A stretch of DNA of 64,000 nucleotides, from contig JAFTUL010000013.1 in the NCBI GenBank assembly GCA_017466275.1, positions 39,343 through 103,342 of the forward strand. Reading direction: 5' to 3'. Both the position numbers and the translations under genes were made by a program. How positions within the stretch are numbered: position 1 is the stretch's first letter; the number at the start of each line of letters is the position of its first letter. Under the pieces are notes generated by a model, which saw nothing but the letters and a program-made list of their open reading frames with translations, had not been told where the DNA came from and made no database searches. Shown here piece by piece: positions 30,645 to 39,788 of this stretch. The DNA is from Clostridia bacterium. GTDB lineage: Bacteria; Bacillota; Clostridia; UMGS1883.

Positions 30645-31205
30645 TTATCTTTCTATATCTTCCTTGAAATTATACAAGGCTCTTTCTCCGCCAACAAGTT
30701 TCGGTCTTGTCTTCGCACAGATAACGGGTGCTTCGCCAATCTTTTTAACGGAAAGTCTTACGGGGACACACACCCTTTTAAGGTGCATACCGATAAGCGT
30801 TCCGCCAAGGTCGAGCCCTGCGTGTCCCTTGATTTCTTCAACTACAACAGGGTTTTCAAAGCCTTTGTAGGTCGCAGTTGCAAAGGAACCGCCTGCCTTG
30901 GGATGGGGAACTACACAAACCTCTTCAAGGTTATATTTTTCCAGACATTCTCTTTCTATAACGAGGCTTCTGTTAAGATGCTCACAACACTGTGCGGCAA
31001 GGAAGATTCCCTTTTCCTTTAACACGGAATAGATTCCGTCAAAAAGTGCCTTGCCGACCTCTTCACTGCTGTTAGTACCGATTTTTTCGCCGATAACCTC
31101 GCTGGAGGAACAGCCAACAACGAATATGTCGCCCTTTTTAAGGCTTGCGAGAGCTACAAGTTCTTCCGTGGCCTTTATTGCCTGTGCTTTAATTTCATTT
31201 AACAT
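30645..31205 (-). CDS. UPF0340 family protein (YwlG-like, TIGR01440)
   Basis: Strong similarity to B. subtilis YwlG (…LKKGDIFVVGCSSSEV…CEHLNRSLVIERE…). Confidence 0.8.
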   Translation of the reverse strand: MLNEIKAQAIKATEELVALASLKKGDIFVVGCSSSEVIGEKIGTNSSEEVGKALFDGIYSVLKEKGIFLAAQCCEHLNRSLVIERECLEKYNLEEVCVVPHPKAGGSFATATYKGFENPVVVEEIKGHAGLDLGGTLIGMHLKRVCVPVRLSVKKIGEAPVICAKTRPKLVGGERALYNFKEDIER

Positions 31206-31316
31206 ATATATTCAAAACCTTTCGTTTTTATTTACGCTAAATTATATTATACACCGCAAATTTAAAAAAGGCAATAATTAAGTACGGTTATTCATATATT
31301 ATTATGAGGTGATTTT

Positions 31317-31502
31317 ATGCAAAATGAAGAAGCAATGTGTTACATAACCTACGCCGTACCTGCAAGACTGCTCCCGAATCTTCCCTTGGGAGAGAGAGTT
31401 ATGCCGATAGAAAGTGTAGAGGAAGAGCCGCCAATGCTTTACCCCGAGGGGTTTATGGCCGATTGGTTTTTAAATGGGCGTTTTCCGGAGGATGAAGAAT
31501 AA
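31317..31502 (+). CDS. small acidic hypothetical protein (61 aa)
   Basis: GAGGTGA RBS 5 nt upstream. No similarity recognised. The stop directly abuts a repeat copy. Confidence 0.35.
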   Translation: MQNEEAMCYITYAVPARLLPNLPLGERVMPIESVEEEPPMLYPEGFMADWFLNGRFPEDEE

Positions 31503-31506
31503 AACA

Positions 31507-31645
31507 AAATTCCGCTGAGTAGCGGAGGACGATGTGCTTTTGGGAGCCAAAAGATTTTATAGGGGAACAGGGGGATTGCGATTTCCCCCTTAGCTCCCCT
31601 ATGACCCCATAACCCCTTGAAACGCCCTCGCAGGGGCGTAATATT
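31507..31645. repeat. short copy of modular stem-loop repeat family (HP1-X-Y-W modules)
   Basis: ccgctgagtagcgg, cttttgggagccaaaag, gggggattgcgatttccccc and acgccctcgcaggggcgt are hairpins homologous to modules at 56.2 kb. Confidence 0.7.
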
Positions 31646-31958
31646 TATTGGGCGTGGTTTTCTTTAACTGTCGGGTTTTGTTTTTGAAACTGCCTTGCCT
31701 TTGCGACATCTAAATGCATTGATAAACTTATTATCAGGCATTTATAAATTCTGTCCGCCCGCAGAGGAAAATGATGCGGACAGAATTTTGTCGGTCGGCT
31801 TCGTTGTTTCAAAAACAGTAGTTTGCGAGTATAAAAAACAGAAAAATTCAAAATATAAAAGCGTATAGCATATTAAAACTCTATAAGATACTTCCTAAAA
31901 AATAGTCAATAGAATATACTAATAATACTTAATCTATGCTATTTGCTTGGAGGATTGT

Positions 31959-32282
31959 ATGGAAAAGAAGGCTTTAGGTAAAAAATTACGTGAGGCAAGA
32001 AACAGCAAAAAATATACGCGTGAAGTTCTTGCAGAAAAAGCTGATATAGGCGTTATGTATCTTGGAGAAATTGAAAGAGGGGTAAAACTGCCCAGTTTGA
32101 AAGTTTTTATCAGATTAGTGGAAGCACTTGAAGTTTCTGCTGACTATATTCTCCGAAACGAATTATCTTCAGGGAAAGAGTATATCTTTGATGAAATGAC
32201 TCGAAAACTTGAGAATTTGACACCTCAACAACGAAAGACTGCGACAAGTATTTTAGACGCATATATTGATAATTTATCATAA
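31959..32282 (+). CDS. XRE-family helix-turn-helix transcriptional regulator
   Basis: Cro/C1-type HTH (…REVLAEKADIGVMYLGEIERGVKLPSLKVFIRLVEAL…). ATG after GGAGGA. 107 aa. Confidence 0.75.
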   Translation: MEKKALGKKLREARNSKKYTREVLAEKADIGVMYLGEIERGVKLPSLKVFIRLVEALEVSADYILRNELSSGKEYIFDEMTRKLENLTPQQRKTATSILDAYIDNLS

Positions 32283-32310
32283 GAGCTGAAAATTCAGCTC
32301 TTTTTTTATA
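32283..32310 (+). terminator. terminator after XRE gene
   Basis: aagagctgaaaattcagctcttttttt. Confidence 0.7.
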
Positions 32311-32408
32311 TTTAGCATATGTTTCGACAAAAATCGTCATCCCCTTGTGCTATAATAAGCATATAGCATACATTAAATGCTAATAGCTAATGAAAGGAAG
32401 AAAGAAAA

Positions 32409-32576
32409 ATGCCAATAGGAGTAGAAAAAAGATTAGACGAATTAGGAAGAGTTGTAATTCCAAAAGAACTTAGAGACTTTTATCATCTTAATGAAAAAGT
32501 AACATTGGTTGAAACAGAAAAAGGGATTTTAATAACAAATCCTCAGTATGTAATGGTTAAGGTTGAGGAAAAATAA
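32409..32576 (+). CDS. AbrB/MazE/SpoVT-family DNA-binding domain protein (55 aa, N-domain only)
   Basis: MPIGVEKRLDELGRVVIPKELRDFYHLNEKVTLVETEKGILITNPQYVMVKVEEK resembles the swapped-hairpin domain of AbrB (…VRKVDELGRVVIP.ELR…). Extended -10 TGcTATAAT upstream. Below the 60 aa cutoff, so absent from the ORF track. Confidence 0.75.
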   Translation: MPIGVEKRLDELGRVVIPKELRDFYHLNEKVTLVETEKGILITNPQYVMVKVEEK

Positions 32577-32582
32577 ACGAAA

Positions 32583-32622
32583 AAGACACAAAAAGGGGCA
32601 GGTCTCCTTTTTGTGTCTTTCT
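32583..32622 (+). terminator. terminator after AbrB-like gene
   Basis: gacacaaaaagg...cctttttgtgtc 12 bp stem followed by TTTCTGTTT. Confidence 0.7.
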
Positions 32623-32640
32623 GTTTGAGAAGAAAAGGTG

Positions 32641-32925
32641 GGTTTTGAGAAATTCTTTGTTGACTGGCGTAAAAATCGCTCGTATCAACTTCCTTTGCTG
32701 ACGAGCGATTTTTAGTCCGCAAGGAAATAAGTTTTCCTTTTAGGACGGCGACACCAAAACAAATAATTTCGAAAAACAAAACCATTTTTGTTATTAAGAA
32801 CAAGTATTTGCTTTCTTACGCCCCTGCGAGGGCGTTGAGGGGAGTGGGGAGAATCGCAACTCCCCACCGCTTTTCGCCATTTTGGCGTTCAAAATGGCAA
32901 AGGTCTCTGCGACTCCGCAGAATGG
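32641..32925. repeat. long copy R1 of modular stem-loop repeat family (L-W-Y-Z-HP1rc)
   Basis: 32641..32820 is the reverse complement of 56286..56465. 32818..32920 carries W (acgcccctgcgagggcgt), Y (ggggagaatcgcaactcccc), Z (cgccattttggcgttcaaaatggc) and ctgcgactccgcag. Confidence 0.8.
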
Positions 32926-33013
32926 CTTGCACTTGTGCAAAAAGTTTGAATTTTTTGCAACCAAAAAGGGAATCCAAAAACGAGGATTCCCTTTGTTGTA
33001 TTTAAAAAGTTTT

Positions 33014-34363
33014 TTAGCAAACGCCGTATGCGAGCATAGCTTCCATAACTTTCTTGAAGCCTGCAATGTTAGCACCTGCAACAAGGTCATAGCCAAGACC
33101 GTATTCTTCAGCGGCATCTGCACTAACCTTGTGGATATTTGTCATAATACCCTTAAGCTTTTCGTCAACTTCTTCTGCACTCCAGCTATAACGCATAGAG
33201 TTCTGAGCCATTTCAAGTGCAGATACAGCAACGCCGCCTGCATTAACAGCCTTGGAAGGTCCTACGATAAGACCGCTTTCCTTAAGAAGTGCAACAGCTT
33301 CGTTTGTTGTGGGCATATTAGCAACCTCGATATAGTACTTTGTACCGTTAGCAATAATCTTCTTAGCTTCTTCGATACCGATTTCGTTCTGTGTAGCACA
33401 GGGCATGCAGATATCTGCCTTAACACCCCAGGGCTTTTCACCTGCAAAGAACTGGCAACCGAACTTTTCAGCATAATCCTGAGCACGGTCACGGCCGGAA
33501 GCTCTCATTTCAAGCATATAGTCAATCTTTTCCTGAGTTGTTACACCATCGGGGTCATATACATAACCGTCGGGACCGGAAATTGTGATAACCTTACCAC
33601 CGAGCTGACTAACCTTTGCAGCAACACCCCATGCAACGTTACCGAAGCCGGAGATTGCAACTGTCTTGCCCTCGATTGTTTCACCGAAATGCTTAAGCAC
33701 TTCGCAAGCGTAATATGTAGCACCGTAGCCTGTTGCTTCAGGACGGATGAGAGAACCGCCGTAGGAAAGACCCTTACCTGTAAGAACGCCGTTTTCCCAG
33801 CATCCCTTGATTCTCTTGTACTGACCGTAAAGGTAACCGATTTCTCTTGCACCTACACCGATATCACCTGCAGGAACGTCAACGTCGGGACCGATATGAC
33901 GGTAAAGCTCTGTCATAAAGCTCTGGCAGAAACGCATGATTTCGCCGTCAGACTTACCTCTGGGGTCGAAGTCGCTGCCGCCCTTACCACCGCCGATGGG
34001 AAGACCTGTAAGGCTGTTCTTGAATGTCTGCTCGAAAGCGAGGAACTTCATAATAGAAAGGTTAACGGAAGGATGGAAACGAAGACCGCCCTTGAAAGGT
34101 CCGATAGCACCGTTGAACTGTACACGGAAACCGCGGCTAACCTGAACACTGCCGTTATCGTCTACCCACGGAACACGGAAGATAATCTGTCTTTCAGGCT
34201 CAACAAGTCTTTCAAAAAGGCCTGTCTTAGCAAGCTCGGGACGCTGCTCAACAACGTGTTCGAGAGATTCAAGTACTTCTGTAACGGTCTGGATAAATTC
34301 AGGCTCGTTAGCATCTTTCTTCTTAACGTTTTCCAAAACGCTGAGTAAGTATTCGTTTTTCAT
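33014..34363 (-). CDS. gdhA: NADP-specific glutamate dehydrogenase
   Basis: 449 aa. GDH signature K-G-G motif region and Rossmann GFGNVAWG. Confidence 0.9.
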   Translation of the reverse strand: MKNEYLLSVLENVKKKDANEPEFIQTVTEVLESLEHVVEQRPELAKTGLFERLVEPERQIIFRVPWVDDNGSVQVSRGFRVQFNGAIGPFKGGLRFHPSVNLSIMKFLAFEQTFKNSLTGLPIGGGKGGSDFDPRGKSDGEIMRFCQSFMTELYRHIGPDVDVPAGDIGVGAREIGYLYGQYKRIKGCWENGVLTGKGLSYGGSLIRPEATGYGATYYACEVLKHFGETIEGKTVAISGFGNVAWGVAAKVSQLGGKVITISGPDGYVYDPDGVTTQEKIDYMLEMRASGRDRAQDYAEKFGCQFFAGEKPWGVKADICMPCATQNEIGIEEAKKIIANGTKYYIEVANMPTTNEAVALLKESGLIVGPSKAVNAGGVAVSALEMAQNSMRYSWSAEEVDEKLKGIMTNIHKVSADAAEEYGLGYDLVAGANIAGFKKVMEAMLAYGVC

Positions 34364-34481
34364 AATAAAAAACCTCCAATTTTACAAAATTCTACATTAG
34401 GAATATTATAACACCGTGAAAAAATGATGTCAACATATTTTTACTGTTTGAAATGTGTGCATATTCACGATTTTTGCTTTT

Positions 34482-36860
34482 TTATTTAATTTCAACCACG
34501 GTTACGCCTGCCTCACCCTCACCGTAGCGTCCGGGACGGAAGCTTCTTGCATGTGGATGGTGCCGGAGCATATCTGAAATGGCACTTCTGAGTGCTCCCG
34601 TACCCTTGCCGTGGATAATGGTAACTGTTTCAAAATGCGAAAGTGCCGCATCATCAAGATATTTGTCAACAAGAAGCAGTGCATCATCAACAGTTTCACC
34701 GCGGAGGTCAAGCTCCATCTTCACATCACTGTACATACGGCTTTCGCTTGAAATGTAGCTCTGTGCTTCTTTCTTTTTCTTCTCTTCCTTGGCGGGGGCA
34801 AGGGCGTTTACATTTGTTTTTATCTTCAGGATACCTACCTGCACCGTAAGGTCGCCCTTTTTGTCGGGGAGAGTCAGGACATTGCCGGTAGAGTTCATTG
34901 TCGTAACCTCGACCACCTGACCGAGAGTAATTTTCTTGGGGTCAAGACGTTTTTTGGACTTATTCTTGAAAACATCCTCGCTGAGTTTACCCTCAGCTCT
35001 GTCAAGACCTTTCTTAAGCTCTCGTCTGCCCTCTTCGATAGCGGCACGGTTGTTGCTTGCCGATTCTTCAAAGAGCTTCTGCATCTTTTTGACAATTTCA
35101 TCGGCTTCTTTTTTCGCCTGCTCATATATCTTTTTAGCATCACGACGGGCATCATTAAGAAGCTTTTCCCTCTGTGCCTTGATACGGCTTCTTTCCTTTT
35201 CAGCCTCCTGCTTCTGGGCAAGGGACTGTGCCTTTGCCTCCGTAGCTTCGTCCAATTCCTGCTGTGCCTTTGCACGGTGCTCCTCAAGGGACGTAATTAC
35301 ATCCTCAAAACGGGTGTTTTCCCCGTCAATAAGCTCTTTTGCACGGTCAATAACATCATCGGACAGACCGAGTCTTTTGGAAATGGCAAAAGCATTACTC
35401 TTTCCGGGAACACCTATAAGAAGCTTATAGGTGGGACGAAGTGATGCCACATCAAACTCGCACGCGGCATTTTCAACACGGTCGGTGGAAAGTGCGTACA
35501 GCTTGATTTCGCTGTAATGAGTGGTTGCGGCAACCTTTGCACCAAGGCTCCTTGCCCTTTCTAAAATGGCAATGGCAAGTGCCGCACCCTCCGTCGGGTC
35601 AGTTCCCGAGCAAAGCTCGTCAAAAAGAATAAGGGAGTTGTAGTTTGCATTATCAAGAATTTTTATGATATTTGTCATATGTGCCGAAAAGGTACTGAGT
35701 GACTGCTCAATTGACTGCTCATCACCAATGTCGGCAAAAACGCTGTCAAATACGGAAATCTGACTTCCGCTTCCCGCGGGGATCGCAAGTCCCGATTGTG
35801 CCATCAGGGTGAAAAGCCCCAATGTTTTAAGTGAAACGGTCTTACCGCCAGTGTTGGGGCCTGTTATTACCAATGTATCAAAGTCTTTTCCCAGATATAT
35901 GTCAGTGGGAACGACCTTTTTTGCATCAATTAATGGGTGTCTGCCCTTTTTTATGTTTATAATTCCGTCGTGGTTAAGCTCCGGCACGGAAGCATTCATT
36001 TTCCGTGAAAGCTTTCCCTTGGCAAATGCAAAGTCAAGGTCGATAATTGTCTTGTAATTTGTTGATACATCATCTGCATATTCACTGACAAAAGAGGAAA
36101 GCTCCATAAGGATTCTTTCAATCTCGTCCTTTTCCTGAGAGTGAAGCTCACGGAGTTTATTGTTTATCTCAACTGCCGCCATAGGCTCAACGAAAAGAGT
36201 TGCCCCGCTGGCGGAGCTATCGTGTACAACGCCGGGGACCTGCCCCTTGTGCTCGCTCTTGACGGGAATAACGTATCTGTCACCGCGCATTGATACAATC
36301 GGCTCCTGCAAAAGGTTGGAGTAGGAGGGCGAGTGTACCATATCGTTTAAGACATCACGGATTTTGGAGTTGAGGGAACGCATCTTTCTGCGGATTGCAA
36401 GAAGTTCCGCGGAGGCATCGTCAGCCATTTCCTCATCACTTAGAATTGCAGAAAAGATAGCGTTTTCCAGCTTTTTGTTTTCTGTAAGTGTGGAAAAGAG
36501 GTTGTTTAAAGTCGGGAAAAGATCGCTGTAACCGTCCTCCTCAAAATAGCGGAGAAGTCCTCTTGCCATTCTTAGCGTATGGGCAACAGAAAGAAGCTCA
36601 CTCATAGAAAGTGTGCCGCCTGCGGCACTTCTTTTCGCCGCACCCAGAACATTTCTGACAGGGCTTATAGGCGGAGTGCCTTTTTTTATAATAAGACTCT
36701 CTGCCTCGCTTGTAAAGGAAAGAAGCTCTCTTGCTTCATATATATTTTCCACAGGCAACAATGCGCCGCAGAGCTCTCGCGTCTGGGCGCATACTGCCTG
36801 TTCTTTAAGCATTTCACGTATTGAGTTGAATTCAAGAACTCTTAATGTACGGTCATCCAT
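34482..36860 (-). CDS. mutS2: endonuclease MutS2
   Basis: 792 aa. Walker A GPNTGGKT, coiled-coil linker, C-terminal Smr domain. Confidence 0.9.
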   Translation of the reverse strand: MDDRTLRVLEFNSIREMLKEQAVCAQTRELCGALLPVENIYEARELLSFTSEAESLIIKKGTPPISPVRNVLGAAKRSAAGGTLSMSELLSVAHTLRMARGLLRYFEEDGYSDLFPTLNNLFSTLTENKKLENAIFSAILSDEEMADDASAELLAIRRKMRSLNSKIRDVLNDMVHSPSYSNLLQEPIVSMRGDRYVIPVKSEHKGQVPGVVHDSSASGATLFVEPMAAVEINNKLRELHSQEKDEIERILMELSSFVSEYADDVSTNYKTIIDLDFAFAKGKLSRKMNASVPELNHDGIINIKKGRHPLIDAKKVVPTDIYLGKDFDTLVITGPNTGGKTVSLKTLGLFTLMAQSGLAIPAGSGSQISVFDSVFADIGDEQSIEQSLSTFSAHMTNIIKILDNANYNSLILFDELCSGTDPTEGAALAIAILERARSLGAKVAATTHYSEIKLYALSTDRVENAACEFDVASLRPTYKLLIGVPGKSNAFAISKRLGLSDDVIDRAKELIDGENTRFEDVITSLEEHRAKAQQELDEATEAKAQSLAQKQEAEKERSRIKAQREKLLNDARRDAKKIYEQAKKEADEIVKKMQKLFEESASNNRAAIEEGRRELKKGLDRAEGKLSEDVFKNKSKKRLDPKKITLGQVVEVTTMNSTGNVLTLPDKKGDLTVQVGILKIKTNVNALAPAKEEKKKKEAQSYISSESRMYSDVKMELDLRGETVDDALLLVDKYLDDAALSHFETVTIIHGKGTGALRSAISDMLRHHPHARSFRPGRYGEGEAGVTVVEIK

Positions 36861-36937
36861 TGGGTATCAGTCCTTTTGCTAAAAGGTATTTTGTCGAAAA
36901 ATTTGTTTTTGATTGCAGAAGTGCAAACTATTCTTCT

Positions 36938-37232
36938 TGAGCACTAAACTACGGCTTTTGCAAATTTTCTGTCGGCTACCGTGAAATTGCGAGCACCATT
37001 TTCCTCTGCTGGCGAGCAATTTCAGGCGAACAGGCAACTGAGTGTTGCCTTAAAGCCGGCGGTTCAAAGACGGAAAATTTACAAAAACGAAAACAATACA
37101 GTAAAAGAAAACCACGCCCGCAAAGGGACACGCCCCTGCGAGGGCGTTGAGGGGAGTGGGGAGAATCGCAACTCCCCACCGCTTTTCGCCATTTTGGCGT
37201 TCAAAATGGCAAAGCCCTTAATCGGCACCGAT
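36938..37232. repeat. copy R3 of modular stem-loop repeat family (M-W-Y-Z-end hairpin)
   Basis: ~90% identical to 56467..56766, including acgcccctgcgagggcgt, ggggagaatcgcaactcccc, cgccattttggcgttcaaaatggc and the terminal taatcggcaccgatta hairpin. Confidence 0.8.
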
Positions 37233-37264
37233 TAGTTTTGTTTCTTTTTAAAAGAACCTTATCA

Positions 37265-38494
37265 TCAAAGCTTGATATGCTGAGGTAATCCATTCACTGT
37301 AAGCTGTGAAAGTTCACCCTCAATAAGGGGACGGACATATTCTATAAATTCTTCTGTTACATAGTCGCCGTTTTCGTTAATCATACTCTGGGGAACTTCC
37401 TTGGCAAGGTTTGCAACCTCTCTTACATCATGTGTATCTGTCACGCAGATGTAGGGGTTGTTGGAAACTCTCTTAAGGAGTGCCATTTTGCCTGTTTCAC
37501 CCTCGGACGCTGCTTTAACAGCCGCCTGACCTACTGCAAAAGACTCAGAAATATCGGTTGCTGATGCAATGTGTGATGCACAACGCTGAAGTGTTGAAAG
37601 CTCAACTGCACGTGTCTTGATACCGAGGTCGTTTTTCAGCATTGTGGCAATTGTCTGTGCTGTGCCTGTAAGCATTGTGTGGCCGAATGCGTCAGTACCT
37701 TTTTCGCTTCCAAGCTCACAGACATACTTGCCGTCTTTTGTTCTTACACCTTCGGAAACGGTGATTACAAGGGATTTGCTTCCCTCTTCCATAAGCTGGG
37801 CAACACGGTTCTTTACATATTCGTAGTCAAAGGGAACTTCGGGGAGAAGAATCATTGCAGCACCCTCACAATCGTCACCCTTTGCAAGTGCACTTGCTCC
37901 TGTAAGCCAGCCTGCATCTCTGCCCATAATTTCTACAATTGTTACACTCTTGAGGTCGTAAACAAGGCTGTCACGGACAAGCTCCTTGGTAACTGTTGCA
38001 ACAAATTTTGCCGCACTGCCAAAACCGGGAGTATGGTCTGTCACAACAAGGTCATTGTCAATTGTCTTGGGAACGCCCATAAACTTTATGTCTGTTTTCT
38101 TGTATTCGTCATTATAAATACTGAGCTTCTTAACGGTATCCATAGAGTCGTTACCCCCAATGTAGAAGAAGCCCTTAATGTTGTGCTTTTCAAAAATCTT
38201 GAAAAGCTTTTCATAAACTTCGTTGCCCTCTACGGGTTCGGGAAGCTTGAAACGGCAGGAGCCAAGGTAGGAAGAGGGAGTTCTCTTTAAAAGCTCCAGT
38301 TCGCGGTCCGTTGTGATTTTTTCACACATATCAATGAAGTTCTCCTGAAGGAGTCCCTCAACACCGCCGAGCATACCGTAAACCTTGCCCTCTGTCAGTT
38401 TCTTACCTGCATCAAAAACACCTGCAAGTGTTGCGTTGATTGCAGCGGTGGGACCGCCTGACTGTCCTATAATAATATTTCCTTTGATTTTCAT
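37265..38494 (-). CDS. pfp: pyrophosphate-dependent 6-phosphofructokinase (PFK group with ~410 aa; Pfp)
   Basis: PFK motifs GGPTAAIN, GGDGS-like and PKTIDND. Length and sequence are typical of PPi-PFK. Confidence 0.75.
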   Translation of the reverse strand: MKIKGNIIIGQSGGPTAAINATLAGVFDAGKKLTEGKVYGMLGGVEGLLQENFIDMCEKITTDRELELLKRTPSSYLGSCRFKLPEPVEGNEVYEKLFKIFEKHNIKGFFYIGGNDSMDTVKKLSIYNDEYKKTDIKFMGVPKTIDNDLVVTDHTPGFGSAAKFVATVTKELVRDSLVYDLKSVTIVEIMGRDAGWLTGASALAKGDDCEGAAMILLPEVPFDYEYVKNRVAQLMEEGSKSLVITVSEGVRTKDGKYVCELGSEKGTDAFGHTMLTGTAQTIATMLKNDLGIKTRAVELSTLQRCASHIASATDISESFAVGQAAVKAASEGETGKMALLKRVSNNPYICVTDTHDVREVANLAKEVPQSMINENGDYVTEEFIEYVRPLIEGELSQLTVNGLPQHIKL

Positions 38495-38780
38495 TTATAA
38501 ACATTCCTTTATTGGTTGTTTTAGCCAAAAGGGAATAATCCGAACTCCGATTTCCAGAGGCGGATTTCCGTTTTTGCTTTGTTAAAATACTCGGAAATGC
38601 ATCAGCATTCCCTGCGTTTTTGCCTCGCACTCTCCGCAAATCCGCTATCTGAAAATTCTATGACCTGAAACGGATGGAATTTTGAGCAGATTTTGGTGCA
38701 GAGGACGAAGATAGGCTGTCGCCTTTCAAGAACGATAAGCTAAAAGATGCCGAAATTCCATCGTTTAAGGCGGGTTCGGA

Positions 38781-39716
38781 TTACTCTCTTTCGGCTAAGT
38801 TAGAATAAAGTAAGGCTGCGCCGATTATTCCTGCATCACCGCCGATTTTGGACATTTCAATCTTCGGCTTGGAAAGTATTTCTGCACAGAATGCGTTTTT
38901 ATTCACATAATCAATAACAGGGAGGAGGATTGTGTCACCCTCTTTTGAAATTGCACCGCCAATCAAAATCTGGTCGGGTTGGAAGATGTTTACTATATCA
39001 ACAATTCCTATGGCAATTTCCTCAATCCACATATCACGGATTCTTTCAGCATCCTTATCGCCTTTACGTGCAAGGTCAAACACCGTTCTTCCTGAAATTT
39101 CCTCGTCGGGAGAGAGTGATTTTATTTCATCCCTATGCTCCTTTGTGGTTTCGATAAGTCCTGTTACGGAGGCATATGTTTCCCAACAGCCACGTCTTCC
39201 GCAGCCACATGGTCTGCCGTTTGTATGGGTCACTATATGACCAAGCTCCCCAGCCGCACCGTTGGTACCAAGGTATAGCTTGCCATTTATGATAATTCCT
39301 CCGCCTACGCCTGTGCCAAGGGTAATAAAAATAAAGTTTCGGGAGCTTTCTGCCTTATAATACTCACCAAGAGCCGCGCAGTTGGCATCATTTTCTACCA
39401 GAACGGGAATATTTCCAAGATGCTTCTGCAGAAATTCGCGGGCAGGAACATTGGAAAATCCAATATTGGTTGCCTCCGATAAAATGCCCTTGTCACGGTC
39501 TACAACTCCGGGATTTCCGATTCCGACAGCCTTAATTTCGCTTTTCTGTATACCCGCTTCCTCAACTGCCTTATCTATGCTTTCAAGCATTGCGTTAAGA
39601 AATGCGTCATTATCATTTTTCGGGGTGGTAACAGCGTGTTTTGCAAGTATGTCCCCGTTTTCGTTGACAACACCTGCTTTTATGCTCATACCACCGATGT
39701 CAATACCTATGTACAT
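38781..39716 (-). CDS. glcK: ROK-family glucokinase
   Basis: N-terminal IGIDIGG ATP motif and ROK zinc motif CGCGRRGCWE. Confidence 0.85.
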   Translation of the reverse strand: MYIGIDIGGMSIKAGVVNENGDILAKHAVTTPKNDNDAFLNAMLESIDKAVEEAGIQKSEIKAVGIGNPGVVDRDKGILSEATNIGFSNVPAREFLQKHLGNIPVLVENDANCAALGEYYKAESSRNFIFITLGTGVGGGIIINGKLYLGTNGAAGELGHIVTHTNGRPCGCGRRGCWETYASVTGLIETTKEHRDEIKSLSPDEEISGRTVFDLARKGDKDAERIRDMWIEEIAIGIVDIVNIFQPDQILIGGAISKEGDTILLPVIDYVNKNAFCAEILSKPKIEMSKIGGDAGIIGAALLYSNLAERE

Positions 39717-39788
39717 ACAAAATCTCCTTAATTTAAGATATAATATATTTTAATATATTTAAGTGAATGTGTCAATGTATTTCGCTCA

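Noticed and set aside
31947-31958. Alternative TTG start extending the XRE regulator by 4 codons (MEDC…)
   Set aside because: The ATG at 31959 has the GGAGGA RBS at the correct spacing. The TTG start would place the RBS inside the coding region.
32818-32900. Integron attC-like site (GTTGAGG core-like sequence within the W-Y-Z modules)
   Set aside because: There is no RYYYAAC inverse core, no integrase gene and no cassette array. The modules are simple GC hairpins, not the R''-L''/L'-R' geometry.
36976-37179. 67 aa ORFs on the minus strand of the M-W-Y module (36976..37179 and 56509..56712), and 36981..37235 and 56514..56753 on the plus strand
   Set aside because: Substitutions between the copies are scattered without regard to codon position. 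The ORFs lie within the hairpin modules, on both strands at once.
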